DNA of 63,689 nucleotides, counting the filler, from Cercozoa sp. M6MM (lineage: Eukaryota > Protista > Endomyxa: Ascetosporea): NCBI GenBank assembly GCA_040357565.1. It is 12 parts of 12 records of this genome, joined end to end, with 100 filler letters (N's around TTAATTAATTAA, not from the genome) between each part and the next. Parts side by side here need not be neighbours in the genome. Positions count along the whole stretch, not along the records: positions 1 to 3,932 come from JBDODJ010001271.1; positions 4,033 to 9,019 come from JBDODJ010001002.1; positions 9,120 to 13,286 come from JBDODJ010001212.1; 9 more parts are not named here. One strand, 5' to 3'. Numbering within the stretch: position 1 is the first letter of the stretch; each line of letters begins with the position of its first letter. Under the pieces are notes generated by a model. The model had not been told where the DNA came from. It worked only from the letters and a program-made list of their open reading frames with translations, and made no database searches. A program made the translations under genes and the position numbers. Below, piece after piece: positions 1 through 13,014 of this stretch.

Positions 1-48
1 CCCCCCTATTTACCCCCTATTTACCCAACTATTAACCCCCCTATTTAC

Positions 49-1737
49 TGTCTCACAGTGCAGGTACCAGTAGCGAGAGAAAGTGCGCAGTTTCGCCGAA
101 ATCGAGGCCAAGGAAAGCGAGATGCGAGCGCACGGTGCCGCCGTCGCTGTGTACATGTGTGTTGAGTCCCCTTCCTCCCGTACCCCTACCTTTAGTACCC
201 CAGAGTGTCGTCAGAGTCGCCAGCGAGGAGTTGCAGCATGGCGTGCACCACGTAGAAGTGCCACATCCAAAACGACGCACTGCGACGCTCTTGATTTCGC
301 TCTCTCTGACCTATACCCCTCTGTTTACCCTCCCCCTCTTACCTTTCCTATTATGAAAGCTACCAGTCTGCAGCTGCTGCGCGAAAGGAACACTCGTCAC
401 TTCGCTCACGCTGCTGCACGTCTGCGACAGTGCCGACCATGCCGCCCAGTTCAGCGGCTCTCTGCTCGCCCAGCGCACTCGTACCGCAAAAACAAAGCGA
501 AAAGCAAAGCGAAACCAAGCAAAGCTAAAGCAAAGCGAACAATGCGAAACCGAAGTTAAAGCAAAGCCAAAACATAGTGAAAAGATTAGTAAAATCAAGC
601 GAAAGCAACGTGCGAAAGCACAGGCGAAACACAAAGCAAAAAGCGAAACCAAAGCGAAACCGAAGCGAAATTGAAGCGAAAGCAAGCGAAGCGTACTCCA
701 GAAGCGAGGCGCAGAGAAAGCGCCGCGCGACGTGCCGATGACCGAGCTGGAGGGCCAAAGCGCCGAGCAGAAAGATTTCGAAAGCATCGGCCTCGCCAAA
801 CTCGCCGTCGCTTTCGCTTTCGGCGGCGCGTTTCGCCTCGTCGCTGTCGTCGCCGTCGATGCGCAGATCGCCGTAGCTGCAGCCACACGCCGCTCGCGCC
901 GCGTGGTACAGGTCGCGCACTTCGCTGTCTGTTGGCAGGGTNNNNNNNNNNNNNNNNNNNNNNNNNNNNNNNNNNNNNNNNNNNNNNNNNNNNNNNNNNN
1001 NNNNNNNNNNNNNNNNNNNNNNNNNNNNNNNNNNNNNNNNNTGGGGGTAAGATGGGTCTACACCAGCACTGGAACGAGCGACGTCGCTGTGCAGGTCGCT
1101 GTCGCGGCCGAAGCGTTGATCGCTGTGCCCGAAACTACTGCCTCCAACAGCAGCGACTCCGACCGCAGTGGCGGCAGAAGCAGCAGCACTCGAAGCCGTC
1201 CCTGTGGCAGCACCGTCAGTGCCCAAGAAACGCGCTGTCTGCGCCGACTGACGCTGCTGCTGCGCGAGCCACGCACTGTAGAAACGCAGGTAGCGCGCTC
1301 GACTCGTCTGCTGTCGTCTACTACAAGCTAGGTCAGTCTTTTACGCTATTCTCTCTTTACCCCCCCCCCCCCCCCACCCCCCCCCCCCCCCCAGGCAGCG
1401 ACGGGGCGGCGGCGAGATGCGACTCGGCGCGAGCGAACTCGCGCGCATCGAACAGCGTCTTGGCGAACACAAAGTCATCGTCGCCATCGCTCAGAATCCG
1501 CGCGAACGGCGAAGTTTCGGCCGCAGCGTTTCTCTGCTCGTCATCCTGCATGGCGCCCGAGCGCACCGGCTGCTGCGCCGCCGCGGACACGCCGCAGTCG
1601 CGAAGCAGTTCGCCCGTCCATTTCGCCGCCTTTATCAGGCCGCGCAGCTGCAAACGCTGTGTCGCTACGCGTAGTGCCGCGCACACTTCGTCCAACGTCC
1701 AGCCGCCGTGCTGCAGCGACTTTGGTGCACCGTGCAT
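49..1737 (-). CDS. CDC23: Anaphase-promoting complex subunit 8 (CDC23), spliced, 3'-partial
   Basis: Exons read LRVATQRLQLRGLIKAAKWTGELL, FVFAKTLFDAREFARAESHL, SRARYLRFYSAWLAQQQRQ, PLNWAAWSAL and FWMWHFYVVHAMLQL, in the order of the APC8 N-terminal/TPR motifs. Confidence 0.85.
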
Positions 1738-2362
1738 GCCACAACACGACTCGCTTCTCCAAGATTTTTTATGATCTTGCAAGCCAGACGATCACGCTAC
1801 CGGTGGATGATCCAGGCCCCACGTACTTGTTGCACACGCTGGCACTCGTCACAGGCAACAAGGACTGCAATGGCTCCCACATTAATTTGCAGACTTGAGA
1901 AATCACAAATTCTCGACATGTGTACTCTTGAGTAACTATGAAGAGCTCGACTACTGCCCAGCGCCTTGCACTCGTGCAATACTGCCGTCATCGACAAAAG
2001 CGCTCTGTTAAAATTATCGATTACCATGTATTTTGTCTTGCGCAGCCTGGGTGTGATTCCCGACTTTGGCGCGGAGGCGGCGGTTCCGTTCCATGTACCC
2101 CTTAAGAGTCCTTCGTGAAGCTGGAGGTCGACACTAACTTTTGTTTAAAAGAATACATCGCGCAAATGTAGTTTTACGATCAGCCGGAACGATCAGCTGA
2201 CTTGTTTCGTATCGATCATTGACAGCCACCTGCTCTTGGTAACTCGTTGTTGTTCCTCCCGCTTTGCGCGACGACACCTTCATTCCGTGTTTCGTTTGCA
2301 CTCGCACTGGACCTAAGGTGCGTTTAAACCCGACGAGACAGCTTTAAACCGGACGAGACAGG

Positions 2363-3857
2363 ATGAAGCTGTTGCTTGCAACTGCCGCGCTCGGCTTGTT
2401 CTCCGCCACTACGCCTGCCTCGGCGCAATACCAACAGTACTGCCAGCAGTACTCGCTGGCTTTTGCGCCAGGCACCACGCTCGATCAGATTGGGTCAGTC
2501 TAATTGGCGCAGCGCTGTATGGGGGAGATTTTACTCACTTATGTTTGGAACGAAAACTATGCTCGCAGTTCTGACATCGAGAGCTGCGTGTTGAACTCGG
2601 GCATGCCTGTGGGCAACGGTCGGTGCAATGCCTTCGTATTTGAGGACGCTACCACCGGTGCTCTCAGTCTCAGCTGCGACTACGGTAAAAAAAAAAACTG
2701 TTCCGTCCCCCCCCCCCCCCCGCCACAATCCCACTTGATATACGCTTTTGTTTTTGGTATTTCAGGAGCCTGTAACCCGCCTACCCCGCCCAGCAGGGGC
2801 TCTTGGAAGTGGGCTGTACCACCAGCTTTATTCTCGAGTAGTATATTCGATTTTACTTTACACTTACCAGGCTAATCACTGTTTGTCTGCAGGTTTGCAA
2901 CGGCGGCGTTGGTCTCGGAGGCAGTTCGTGTCAGTACGTGCCTGATACCGCTCCGCGCATCACGCTGTCGGCCTCGCAGGCCATCCAAACTTACGGCAAC
3001 ACAGGCATGCATGTGAAGTGCAAGGCGTGGTTTGTTCCATTCTATACTCACTGTAGCTGGCTAATCAGGCATGTGACTCCATCCTAAATTTCACCCTCAA
3101 ACATTAGGTGTGCGTCGCAGTACGATCCGTCGGTCGGCGAACAACTTCGCTTCATCGCCCTCAACAATCGCGTATGTGTCCGAACACGTATTCCCGGGCA
3201 ACGACAAATGCGTGTTCTGTGTGGACAGAATGACCAGCCTGGTGACGACATGGACTGCTTCTGCCTGACGCAGAGCGAAATGTTTGAGGCATCTCAAGCG
3301 GGTACGATCCAATTCTCCCCGGGGTTCATTTGTTGATTTCATGTTTTAATGTTTTGCCACTTTAGGATACACGTGCAGCAACGCGTGCCGCAACCTCCCG
3401 GCGAATGTTCCTTGTAACTTAAGCCACAGTACTTGATGGATAATTCTGTTCTTTTTGCACGTATGACTTGATGGCCCCACAGGCTGGGACCAAAGTCTCG
3501 ACTGGTGCTCGTCGCACGATCAGCTCCTTCTGCCATGCAGCGGCTACGTTCGCGCCCGCGCTGCCGTCAATGAGTGGGCTGCCAACATGCAGCACAACAT
3601 CACGCCATAGACGAGTTTTGCTGCGCTGCTACCGTGTACGGTAAAACCCGTACGCCGTTCCGCCAGAAATCAATGACCGGCGAGTTAGCCGCGAGGTGCA
3701 CGACTCGAGATTAACTGTTAAGTCACAGTGTAATTGTACATTACAGTATCGACAGTACGTAATTACAATAACTGAACCTGCCTGTGACCTACCAGTAGGC
3801 TGGGGTAACACCTACTGCGGCAACTACGGTTGCTGGAACAACTGCGCGGGACAGTGA
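2363..3857 (+). CDS. Secreted cysteine-rich protein with a WSC-like domain, multi-exon
   Basis: Signal peptide MKLLLATAALGLFSATTPASA. Spliced CKAWCASQY...FIALNN...DCFC...CSNAC...CSGY resembles WSC Cys spacing. Stop TGA at 3855-3857. Confidence 0.55.
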
Positions 3858-3890
3858 CCCTTGATCAACACTAGCACAGCACAGCCTTGT

Positions 3891-3932
<42 letters not shown>

Positions 3933-4032
3933 NNNNNNNNNNNNNNNNNNNNNNNNNNNNNNNNNNNNNNNNNNNNTTAATTAATTAANNNNNNNNNNNN
4001 NNNNNNNNNNNNNNNNNNNNNNNNNNNNNNNN
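3933..4032. other. Artificial contig-joining spacer; also at 9020, 13287, 17203, 19946, 24254, 26702, 31321, 45702, 58314 and 62328
   Basis: Identical 44N-TTAATTAATTAA-44N cassette (stops in all six frames), 11 copies. Confidence 0.97.
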
Positions 4033-4039
4033 GGGGGGG

Positions 4040-6297
4040 TACCGACGATACTCACAGCCGACGACAACGCCGCGTTTCTCCTGACAGAAGCAGCACTTGT
4101 GGTGCCACTGCGACTTGGCAATGTCGCTGACTCCCGTCACGTGTTGCGGCTGCACTCGCATCCCACAGCAGGAGGTAACAGGCACAAGAAAACTGACGCG
4201 AAGGAAGTCACTGTGGGGGTGAGAGGAGGGGTAGTGTAACAAAGCAGCAACCTTATCAGGAGTGACGAAGCGACAGCCTGTGATCCACAAGGCGCAACTC
4301 ACGTGCACCCACGCCGTGTCACTCCTGCCGCTGTCGCTCTGCATCAACGCGCGGTCCGCCGTGTTGGCACACAGACCGCATCGGTATCTGGAGGGCAAGG
4401 GTTAACACGGGGTACGGGGGCAACAAGGGGAGGTAAAGGAAGCACACTGCTGCAGTTTCTCGTGTCGACTGGCATGGCGGAACTTTCGCAGTTCTTGGCG
4501 CAACTTGGCGTTTCTGCAATCACATAACAATCAATCAATTAATCAGTCAAATAATCAATCAGTCAATCAGTCAGTCAATCAGTCAACCAGTCAAACAGTC
4601 AGGTCTGGCCTAGAGAGAACTCACTTCTTGGCCTCCATGTCGAGTCGACCAATGGCACGTGCCGACAGTCGGAACTCGTGCTGCAGTCGGTGGCGACACA
4701 CACGGCAAAACCACGAGCCCGACGGCACTCTGATGGTTATGAAGGGTAATATGGAAGAAACGGGGAGGGGAAGGAGGGAAAAGAGGGAAGGGAAGGAAGA
4801 GGGGTAAAACTACTTGGTCACGTAGTAGCAGTCCTGATGGACGGCGAGATCGCAGCCGTCGCACAAGAGGAGCTCGCCGTCGAGACTGAGCATAAGATGA
4901 GATTCACACACATACACCTATTGAAGACAGACAGGAGCAGCAGGCTTACAAGCAAACGTGGCAGAGATCGTCGTCGTCTTCGTCACTAACTTCGCTTTGT
5001 ACCTCACTTTGTGTCTCGCTTTGTGCCTCGCTTGTTTCGCTCTGCGCTTGGCTGCTTTCGCTTTGTGCATTGCTGGAGTCGCTAGAGTCGCTTGGGGTTG
5101 TGCTCGCGTCGCTTGCTTCGCTGCCACTCTGGCTGACTTGACCGAGGTTTTGGCCGGTTCGCAGCAGGACTTCGTCGTCGCTCTCGTCGCTCTCGCTGAG
5201 CGAAACTTCGCCTTCGACGGCTTCTTCGTGGTCCTCCTTCTCCTGGTTTGTTTTCTCGACTTGGTCTAGCACTTGTTCGTTCACGTCACCGCTCGCGTCT
5301 TCTTTCGCGTCCTCTTTCGCGTCCTCTTCGCGTGTCTCTTCGGTTTCTTCGACGATAGTGCTGAGCGCAGCACGCTGCGCAGCGAAGCGTCGGCGCATTT
5401 CGCTGTTGGCGCGTCGGACTTGCGTCGGCAGGAGCGGCAGTTTGTCGCAGCTGCTGTTGCTGCTGCTGCTGTTGTTGCTGCCGACCGTGCTCGTGCTGCC
5501 GGCACTGGCGTTGCGTTTCCTCTCGCTGGGCAGTTCAAAGGAGACGCGACGTTTGCGTCGATTCTTTGGAATCGCAGGAATCAAGAAACCGTCTGTTGTC
5601 GCAACAATCAGCATGCTAAACGGAAACACACACACACACACACACACACATGCAGGAGAAGCAGGTACCAGGAGTCATGCGACTTTTCTGCTTCTTGCTC
5701 TTTGCCTTCTTGGCTTTGGCACGTGCAGCGGCATCCTGCGTGAGCAACACTGCTTTCGTCTGCCGCCTCGTGTGTACATGGAGTGCCTGCGTCTCTTCGG
5801 CCTGCAGCATGTGTCGCACATTTTGAATCAAGAGAAAAATGAGCTGGTACCAACGCTGTGAGCAGCTCGTTTTGCCGAACGCCACGCCGCGGAGCCTTTT
5901 CGCGGCAGAACGGGCACTGTACTTCGTCCTTGTTGTGCTACACAGACATGCCAATGTACGAAACGTATGAAACTGCCGGAGAAAAGGCGTTACCCTATCG
6001 GAATTCTGCGCTTGCTCGAAACAGTTGCGGCATGAACTGTGCAGACAGCTTGGGAAGGTCACCGGCTCGCTTGGCAACGACTGGCACACTGGGCACTGTA
6101 ACTCCTGCAAAACACATCAATAACCGCGTCTCAACAACATCGATGAATAAAAAGGCGCCAAATTAACATTCCAGCCAACGTGCGCACGGGTGTGCTACTA
6201 CTTATGACATGCAGGGAACCTCAAAAAGCCGCGACAGCTCGCTCTTGAAACCAGATACGAACTGTTTTGCTGCTTTGCGCTCATCCGGCGGCTCCAT
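4040..6297 (-). CDS. RING finger + acidic region + PHD + ePHD (PZP-like) chromatin protein, 3'-partial
   Basis: RING: CPVCQSLPSEPVTFPSCLHSSCRNC...CPFCR. PHD: CHVC...LLLCDGCDLAVHQDCY...WFCRVC. ePHD: CGLC...WVHVSCALWI...CCFCQEKRGVVVGC. Confidence 0.8.
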
Positions 6298-6607
6298 GGC
6301 CAGCCTGCACCTTAGTGCTTGCTTTTTGGACACGTAAGCACAGCTGTAGCGGTAAAATAATGCTCTGTAAGCGTTGATCGATCCGATCATTATTTTTTCT
6401 TCGACTGACATTGCCTCTGCGAGTTTCTAAAACATACAATTCGAGTTCAGTTTCAACCGCGTTCCGTGTATTCGTTTACGACGGGGCCTTTATCGGTACC
6501 CCCCCCCCCCCCCCCCCGATTGGCAGGGCGTTTTTTTTTTAAATAGCTTTTCTTGTTCAGTTCGTGATCAGTTGGCTTTTTACCGTGGGGCAGGTGGGTG
6601 GGAGGGC

Positions 6608-7944
6608 TTATTCCACATGGTCTAGGACGGGTACGTAGCTAAAGAAAAATCGTTTTATAACGTGATCGATACTGGTCAAGGCTTTTTTTACCACACGCCG
6701 TCGAGCACCATCGTTTTTTGCAGACCGCCTCTTTCGCTCTTAAACAAGAACATGCACCCTTCGCGGTCGGCCGAAAGGAACCCAATTCCACCCCTGGAAA
6801 ATAAAATGATACTGTACGAAGGCAGGGTTTGACCTGGTTAAATGCGGTGTTTTACGTGGCGAGTGGCGTCAACAGAATACCGCCCGGTTTTAGGAGTTTG
6901 ATCATATCGTCCAGTTGGTGAGGTTGAAGCATTGCACCTTGCGAAAAGTGAAGTGAAATGTTAAACACCGATGTTGCTTTGGGAAGGGGAGTATTGTAGA
7001 TATACCGACATGGATGAAGTCCATCGACCCATTTTGATAGGAGGCGAAATCTCGCTGCTCGATTTTCCACTCCAAAGATGGGCTTTTGTTGCTCTCTTGG
7101 CGGTAGAATCGTTGGAGATTGTTTCGCGCCAGTTGAACCAGTTCCTCATTCACTTCTGTCCCGATGACTTCTCTCTTCCGATTTGCACCAAAGAGTCCTA
7201 TAAATTTAGACACCGATATTGTGCGTAACAGGTCAACTCAAACGTAAATCTAGGGTGACAGCAACTTGTTGTAGCGTAGTCTAGCATAGGGACTATTATT
7301 CCCGTTCCAGTTCCAACATCTAAGCTGCAGTTGTACCATGAATGTGTATCCCCCAGGGAAAACACATTGTGTGTAAAACTGACCATCGAATCGTTTCTGT
7401 TGAGTTCTTGTTGACGCTGTTGTGAAGTACGTATTCGAAAATAGCGAAGGCATGCATGTAAGGCGCACTCAATGTCACACCTGGGAGATTTACAGAACGG
7501 AAACTGTAATTATTCAGAAACGGAGGCTTCGTAAGTGCGATAAATTTAGCATGCAGTAAATTTCAATTACCACCAGCTTCGTTCGAGCCAATTGGGAGAG
7601 GCGACATACTGTAGCAACTGCTTGCGTGTTTAAACATTTCGGGAGCGAAGAGAGCTCGATCCGCGTGTAGCTACAACGTAGTATTGCATCAGAGTCTACT
7701 GTTTTCTGTTGCAGTAATTCACCATTGAATCCTGCGCCACTTCCAGTGCCAAATGCGCTCGCTGTCCGACCTCGGAGGGTCTATCTAAGGAGGCTGCCAC
7801 TTCGGGGAAGAACTGCAAGAAAGCACACAGGGAGGAAGCACATCGTAATTTCAGCAACTGAACCGGCAAAACTGAAAGGTAATTCACTCTTAAGTGTTGG
7901 ACCACTGCCGAGACAAACTGGCGACTTGGCGAAGTCGAAGTCAT
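6608..7944 (-). CDS. PCMT1: Protein-L-isoaspartate O-methyltransferase-like, about 9 exons
   Basis: Spliced motifs ADRALFAP, TLSAPYMHA, CLDVGTGTG (SAM motif I), VIGTEVNEELV, DFIHVGA, LLKPGGILLTPL and terminal VCYVPVL; all introns GT-AG. Confidence 0.85.
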
Positions 7945-8277
7945 TTTCTTTTTAACTTTTGCTCGAGTTAGGTCGATGCCCGAAGGTCTAACTAAGCTGT
8001 GCTATCTTTGGCTGTTTGTCAGAGGTAGCACAAAGGTTTAAGCAGAGCTTGCCGTAGTTTGGCTTTAGCCCAAAATCTCGTCACTCTCGTGCAAACCTCG
8101 AGTCAAACTGATGGGTAATTTACGGTTACAGCTCGACCACCCGATCCGCGTGGATGGGCCCGGTAAATTCAACGTAAAAGCACAGTCATTTCTCAGTAAT
8201 GCTGCCCGTTTACTGTAATTTTACTCCGTAATTATTGTACGTGTAATATTACTGGAGTAATTACGCCGTACTTACGA

Positions 8278-8452
8278 AACCTTTGTTCTCGGGGATATGC
8301 CAACGCAACTCGCACTTAAGTTAGCGTAGGACTACCTAGAACGGCCTAGTCACAGGCGATGTATAACTTCAACTGTTGGGGAACCCACCCCTTTCGGGCG
8401 GCCCAATTTTTGAGCCAGGAGGAAATGATCACAGCTTGGGCCCCAAAGTACC
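8278..8452 (+). ncRNA. Candidate Sm-class small RNA (U4/U4atac-like), unconfirmed
   Basis: Intergenic. A stem-loop (GGG..CCACCC-TTTC-GGGCGG-CCC) is followed directly by the Sm-like site AATTTTTGA at about 8405-8413. The 5' AACCTTTGTTCTCGGGG loosely resembles a U4atac 5' end. Confidence 0.2.
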
Positions 8453-8640
8453 TTGATTAAACCGCTAAACGTGTTCAGTAGTGTGTGACACTAGTTTAGG
8501 TGTTATTGTAGTCAATGAAGCTAGTATTTGTTCGGACTTGAGTTTATATTTGTTTTTCCGCCCGAGGCACCCACGTGTCTAGATTTCTGGATGTGTTGTT
8601 GTTGTATTTTGATTAAATACTGTTCTTTTTGAACGTAAAA

Positions 8641-9019
8641 CTATCGGTGTTGTTGCCCTTCTATTATAGCGTCAATTTGTGCATCGGCAAGTCGGTTAAA
8701 TGCCTGCTCGGAAGCTCGCCGACGAGGTCGCAGCTGGTCGGCATTGAATCTGTCATGTACTTGAAGAATGGCGACCTCCTCCAGGTAGGGATCCTGCTGC
8801 ATGAAGCGTCTCAGTCGACGCCGTCTGCGTGGGCGAGGATTCTGTGTACATGAGGGTGTCAATGGTTCTAGCAATGGCGTATTATGCTGTTGTTCTGTGG
8901 GGAAAGAGGTACGTCATCACTGCGCCCGAGGGCGTCTTCTTCGTCTGCCAAAGCAAGCACCTGATCGACGAACTTCTGGTCCAGTGCATCCAGCTCTGTC
9001 ACGAGAAGGCCGGCTTTCA
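8641..9019 (-). CDS. 3' end (two exons) of a hypothetical protein
   Basis: KAGLLVTELDALDQKFVDQVLALADEEDALGRSDD splices GT-AG in frame to NPRPRRRRRLRRFMQQDPYLEE...QQHR*. Confidence 0.55.
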
Positions 9020-9134
9020 NNNNNNNNNNNNNNNNNNNNNNNNNNNNNNNNNNNNNNNNNNNNTTAATTAATTAANNNNNNNNNNNNNNNNNNNNNNNNN
9101 NNNNNNNNNNNNNNNNNNNGGGGGGGGGGGTATA

Positions 9135-10739
9135 CCGGTGCCTCGGCACGCGCGGCAAGCTCCCTCGAGAACTCACCATGTCGGGTCTGCAAAGAGGGAC
9201 AGGGTCAGACAGACAAATACCGGTATATACCCACACACACACACACACATATATGTATATAGACAGGGGTACGAAGGCAAAGCAGACGACGGTGACGGTG
9301 GCGATCAGCGTCACCGAGACAAAAGCGGCCAGACGGTTGACCACACTGGCGTTATGACGTGCTTTGACACCTGCACATAGGTCAAACATCTCAATTGATA
9401 CAGAAATACATCAACAAATAAATAAAAATAAAAAAATAAAAATAAATAAATAATGGTGCAAATACGTATATATACGCACCTTCTCGCTCGGCGTGCTTCT
9501 GCTGCTGGTGCAAGTGGTAAGCGCACCGCAGGGAAATGTACACGAGCGACAGCAGCGTCACGCATGCACTGCCAGCACACACAACACAGAAAACCCAATA
9601 AAATAAAATGCAAATAAATAAACAAAATTCAAATAAAATAAAATTCAAATAAAATAAAATTCAAATAAAGAAATGATCAAATAGAAACACAGAGCTACCA
9701 CAGGGTCGGCAGCGCCAAGAAGACCCAGGCGTGCGACTCATCGATGCGGCAGGCCGTGCGTGGCACCTGCACCGTCACGACGCTCTCGTCCAGCAGGAAG
9801 GCCTCGCCGAACACGGCGGCCAGCTCGTCGAACAGCGGCGCCGGGATGGCACTCGTCTGCACCGACACGTGCACCGGCAGCGACACTTGCGCCACCTGCA
9901 CACACGTCGACGAACCGATAGAAATCAACATACAAATACACACACAAATCAACATACAAACAAACACACAAATAAACATACAAATAAACAGACAAATAAA
10001 CAGACAAACAACAAACAAATGAAGAGAAAAATCAAACAGTGCGAAAAAAATAGATAAATCTAAAACAAACAAAAAACAAAAATCATCGTTCAATAAATAA
10101 ACAAAGAAATAAACAAATATAGAAATAAATAAACAAAGAAATAAATAAACAAAGAAATAAACAAATATAGAAATAAATAAATAAAAATAAAAATAAAAAA
10201 AATAAATAAATAAAATAAAAAATAAATAAATAAAAAAAAAATAGTAAATAAATAAAAATTAATAATTAAATAGTTGATACGGACCTCCCAGTCGCCGACC
10301 AGAGCGCCGAGCACGGACAGAAGGACACTCACGAACACCAGCGTCGTCAGCAGTGCCAAGCGGCGCCGTCGCTGCGCGCGAGTCGCCAGCAACAGCGACG
10401 ACAACTCAGCTGGCAGTCGCACACTGCTCCCAGGTAGATACGGGATACAAACGGAACAATCGAGCACAAGGAACGTACGCATCGTCCAGAGTCTTGACCA
10501 GCAGCATCAATGGCGCCAGGCACAGCGCCAAAGCAACTGTATATATACATATATATATATATATATAAATAAACAAGGAACTATTAGACATATTAACAGA
10601 TAAAATAGTAATGTACTCGTGTAGAGAGGCACGCCTAGACGGCACTGGTACTCCTCGCGATCGCCCAGTACGGTGGTCAGCGGCGCTATCAGCAGCATCA
10701 TCACGCCCAGTGACAGCGCCGCTGTACGAGCACAAGAAA

Positions 10740-10774
<35 letters not shown>

Positions 10775-11560
10775 AAAATAAATAAATAAATAAATAATAA
10801 TAAATGTATTTATATGTATATAGATACATATAGATAGAACTACCAATGCGACTGGCGTGTCGGCGCAGACGCGGCGCCGTGGCAGCACTCAGCACAAGTT
10901 GCTGCTCCTGCGACAGATCCGTCTTGTCTCTGTGTACAAACATCTCTATAATATACCGCTACAATTCTATACATAATTTATATAGATAAATTAATATTCA
11001 TGTATAGGGTACCTCGAGCGAAGCAAGTGGACTGGCAGGTACAGCGACAGCAGCAGCAACACAAAGGCGCACACTGACAAGGCGGCCAGTAGGCCTAGAC
11101 AAACATCCAGGTATACCTAACTATATCTTATATATAGACACACTCTATATAGATAAATGTACCACCTATGGTGCGCACAGCAACACCAGAACTGGAGGAC
11201 TCGTTGACCGCATTGCAGGGAGCCGTCTGCACACAGAGACACATCGAGACTGTGTGTCATCGGAAGTGAGTCCACACGGGCGTGTGCCTACCATGTTGGG
11301 CGGCAGCAGCACGGCACCTGGCGACGCGGCGTCGCAGCGGCCGCCGTCGTCGGAGTGCTCCTGCACGGCGAACACAATGTCCACGTCGCTGGCGTCGTTG
11401 CTGCGGCACCGCGAGTCGTCCACTTGGTCTGCCCAGATATGTATTTGATAGATTTTTATCAATTAAAAAAAAAATAAGTATTAAACAAATCAAAATATGT
11501 CTGGTAGGTGTACAAGCAATGGCACTGGCGGCACATGGCTGCACTAGAGCACCTGCACAT

Positions 11561-11611
<51 letters not shown>

Positions 11612-11798
11612 AATAACTCTCTATGTAATATACTAAACTATCTATATTATAATATAGAGATTTACAATATAATAGATATATCAAGATGTGTCGATGTATT
11701 TATGGTTCGCACCACGCGGCACATCGTGCGTGCCGTCGGCAAAGGCGAAACTCATCAACGCCGTGTTGGGAGGTTCCGTGTAGTTGATTGGCACCTTA

Positions 11799-11853
<55 letters not shown>

Positions 11854-12573
11854 TTAGATACAATATATATATACATAATCTATATATCGGTTTATATAAT
11901 AGTACAACGCGATCGTCGAGGGGCAGGCGTTGCAGTGTGCCTAAGAAAACAACAAGTCCAGTCAAGTCCAGTTCAGTCAAGTTCCAAGTCAAGTTACGGC
12001 TGCCACTCTGGATCCAGCGTGCCACCGTCATGAACTCAAGTTGCTGCATCAAAATTATTTATACAATATACATATATATATATATATATCTATATATATA
12101 TATATATATAAATATGAAAGAGTACGCCAGTGCTCGCGTTGATTTGCGCGTTCACAATGTCGAACGGCAGCTCGCCTGCCCATCCGATCATTGAAAATAC
12201 AATTTAAAAAAAAGAAGCGAAAAATAATATATAAAGAATAATGGATAAATGGCAAGGCACGGTCGCACTGCTGATCGAACGAGAGACCGCCCGTCACCGG
12301 TTGGAGTGTACTATACGGGGGGGGGGGAAAAGGGGGTGGCGGGGGGGGGTATAGAATGCTACGTCTCCGACGGACTTTCGGGAATCTCGAGTTGCTTGAT
12401 TTGCTCCTGTGACACAGCATACAGACAGAGGGGGGGGTAGAAAGGTCCCGTACAACGAGAGTGCTGGCAAAGGCGTCGTCGTCGAGCGAGTCAAAGTACG
12501 CACTGTCGTTCTTGTACATGTTGTCGATACTGATTTAAATTATTTAATTAATTATTAGATAGATAGATAGGTG

Positions 12574-12615
<42 letters not shown>

Positions 12616-12920
12616 AAGAGATCAGATAGGGATAGATAGCGCCTACCCCGTGATGAGCGTGTAGACGCTGTCGAAGGCAAAGTACGAGTACAAGTTGACC
12701 TGTTCACATCGATACATATACATATATATATATATATATATATGATAAGTATCTCGATATGCAGAAGGGTAGCATACATCGCCATCCAGAATGCCGGTGC
12801 AGTTGTTGTTGTTCCCTACAGATAACACCTCATACAGACATACAATATATATATATGGAGATATATATATACCCGAACAGGAAGCTGTGCGATTGAGCTC
12901 GCTTTCAAAGTGGTCCTGTT

Positions 12921-13014
<94 letters not shown>

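Noticed and set aside
1332-1394. Plus-strand GT...polyC-AG intron suggesting an antisense gene over CDC23
   Set aside because: The plus-strand frames are the antisense shadow of GC-rich CDC23 exons. The tract is explained as a G-rich minus-strand intron with an uncertain homopolymer length.
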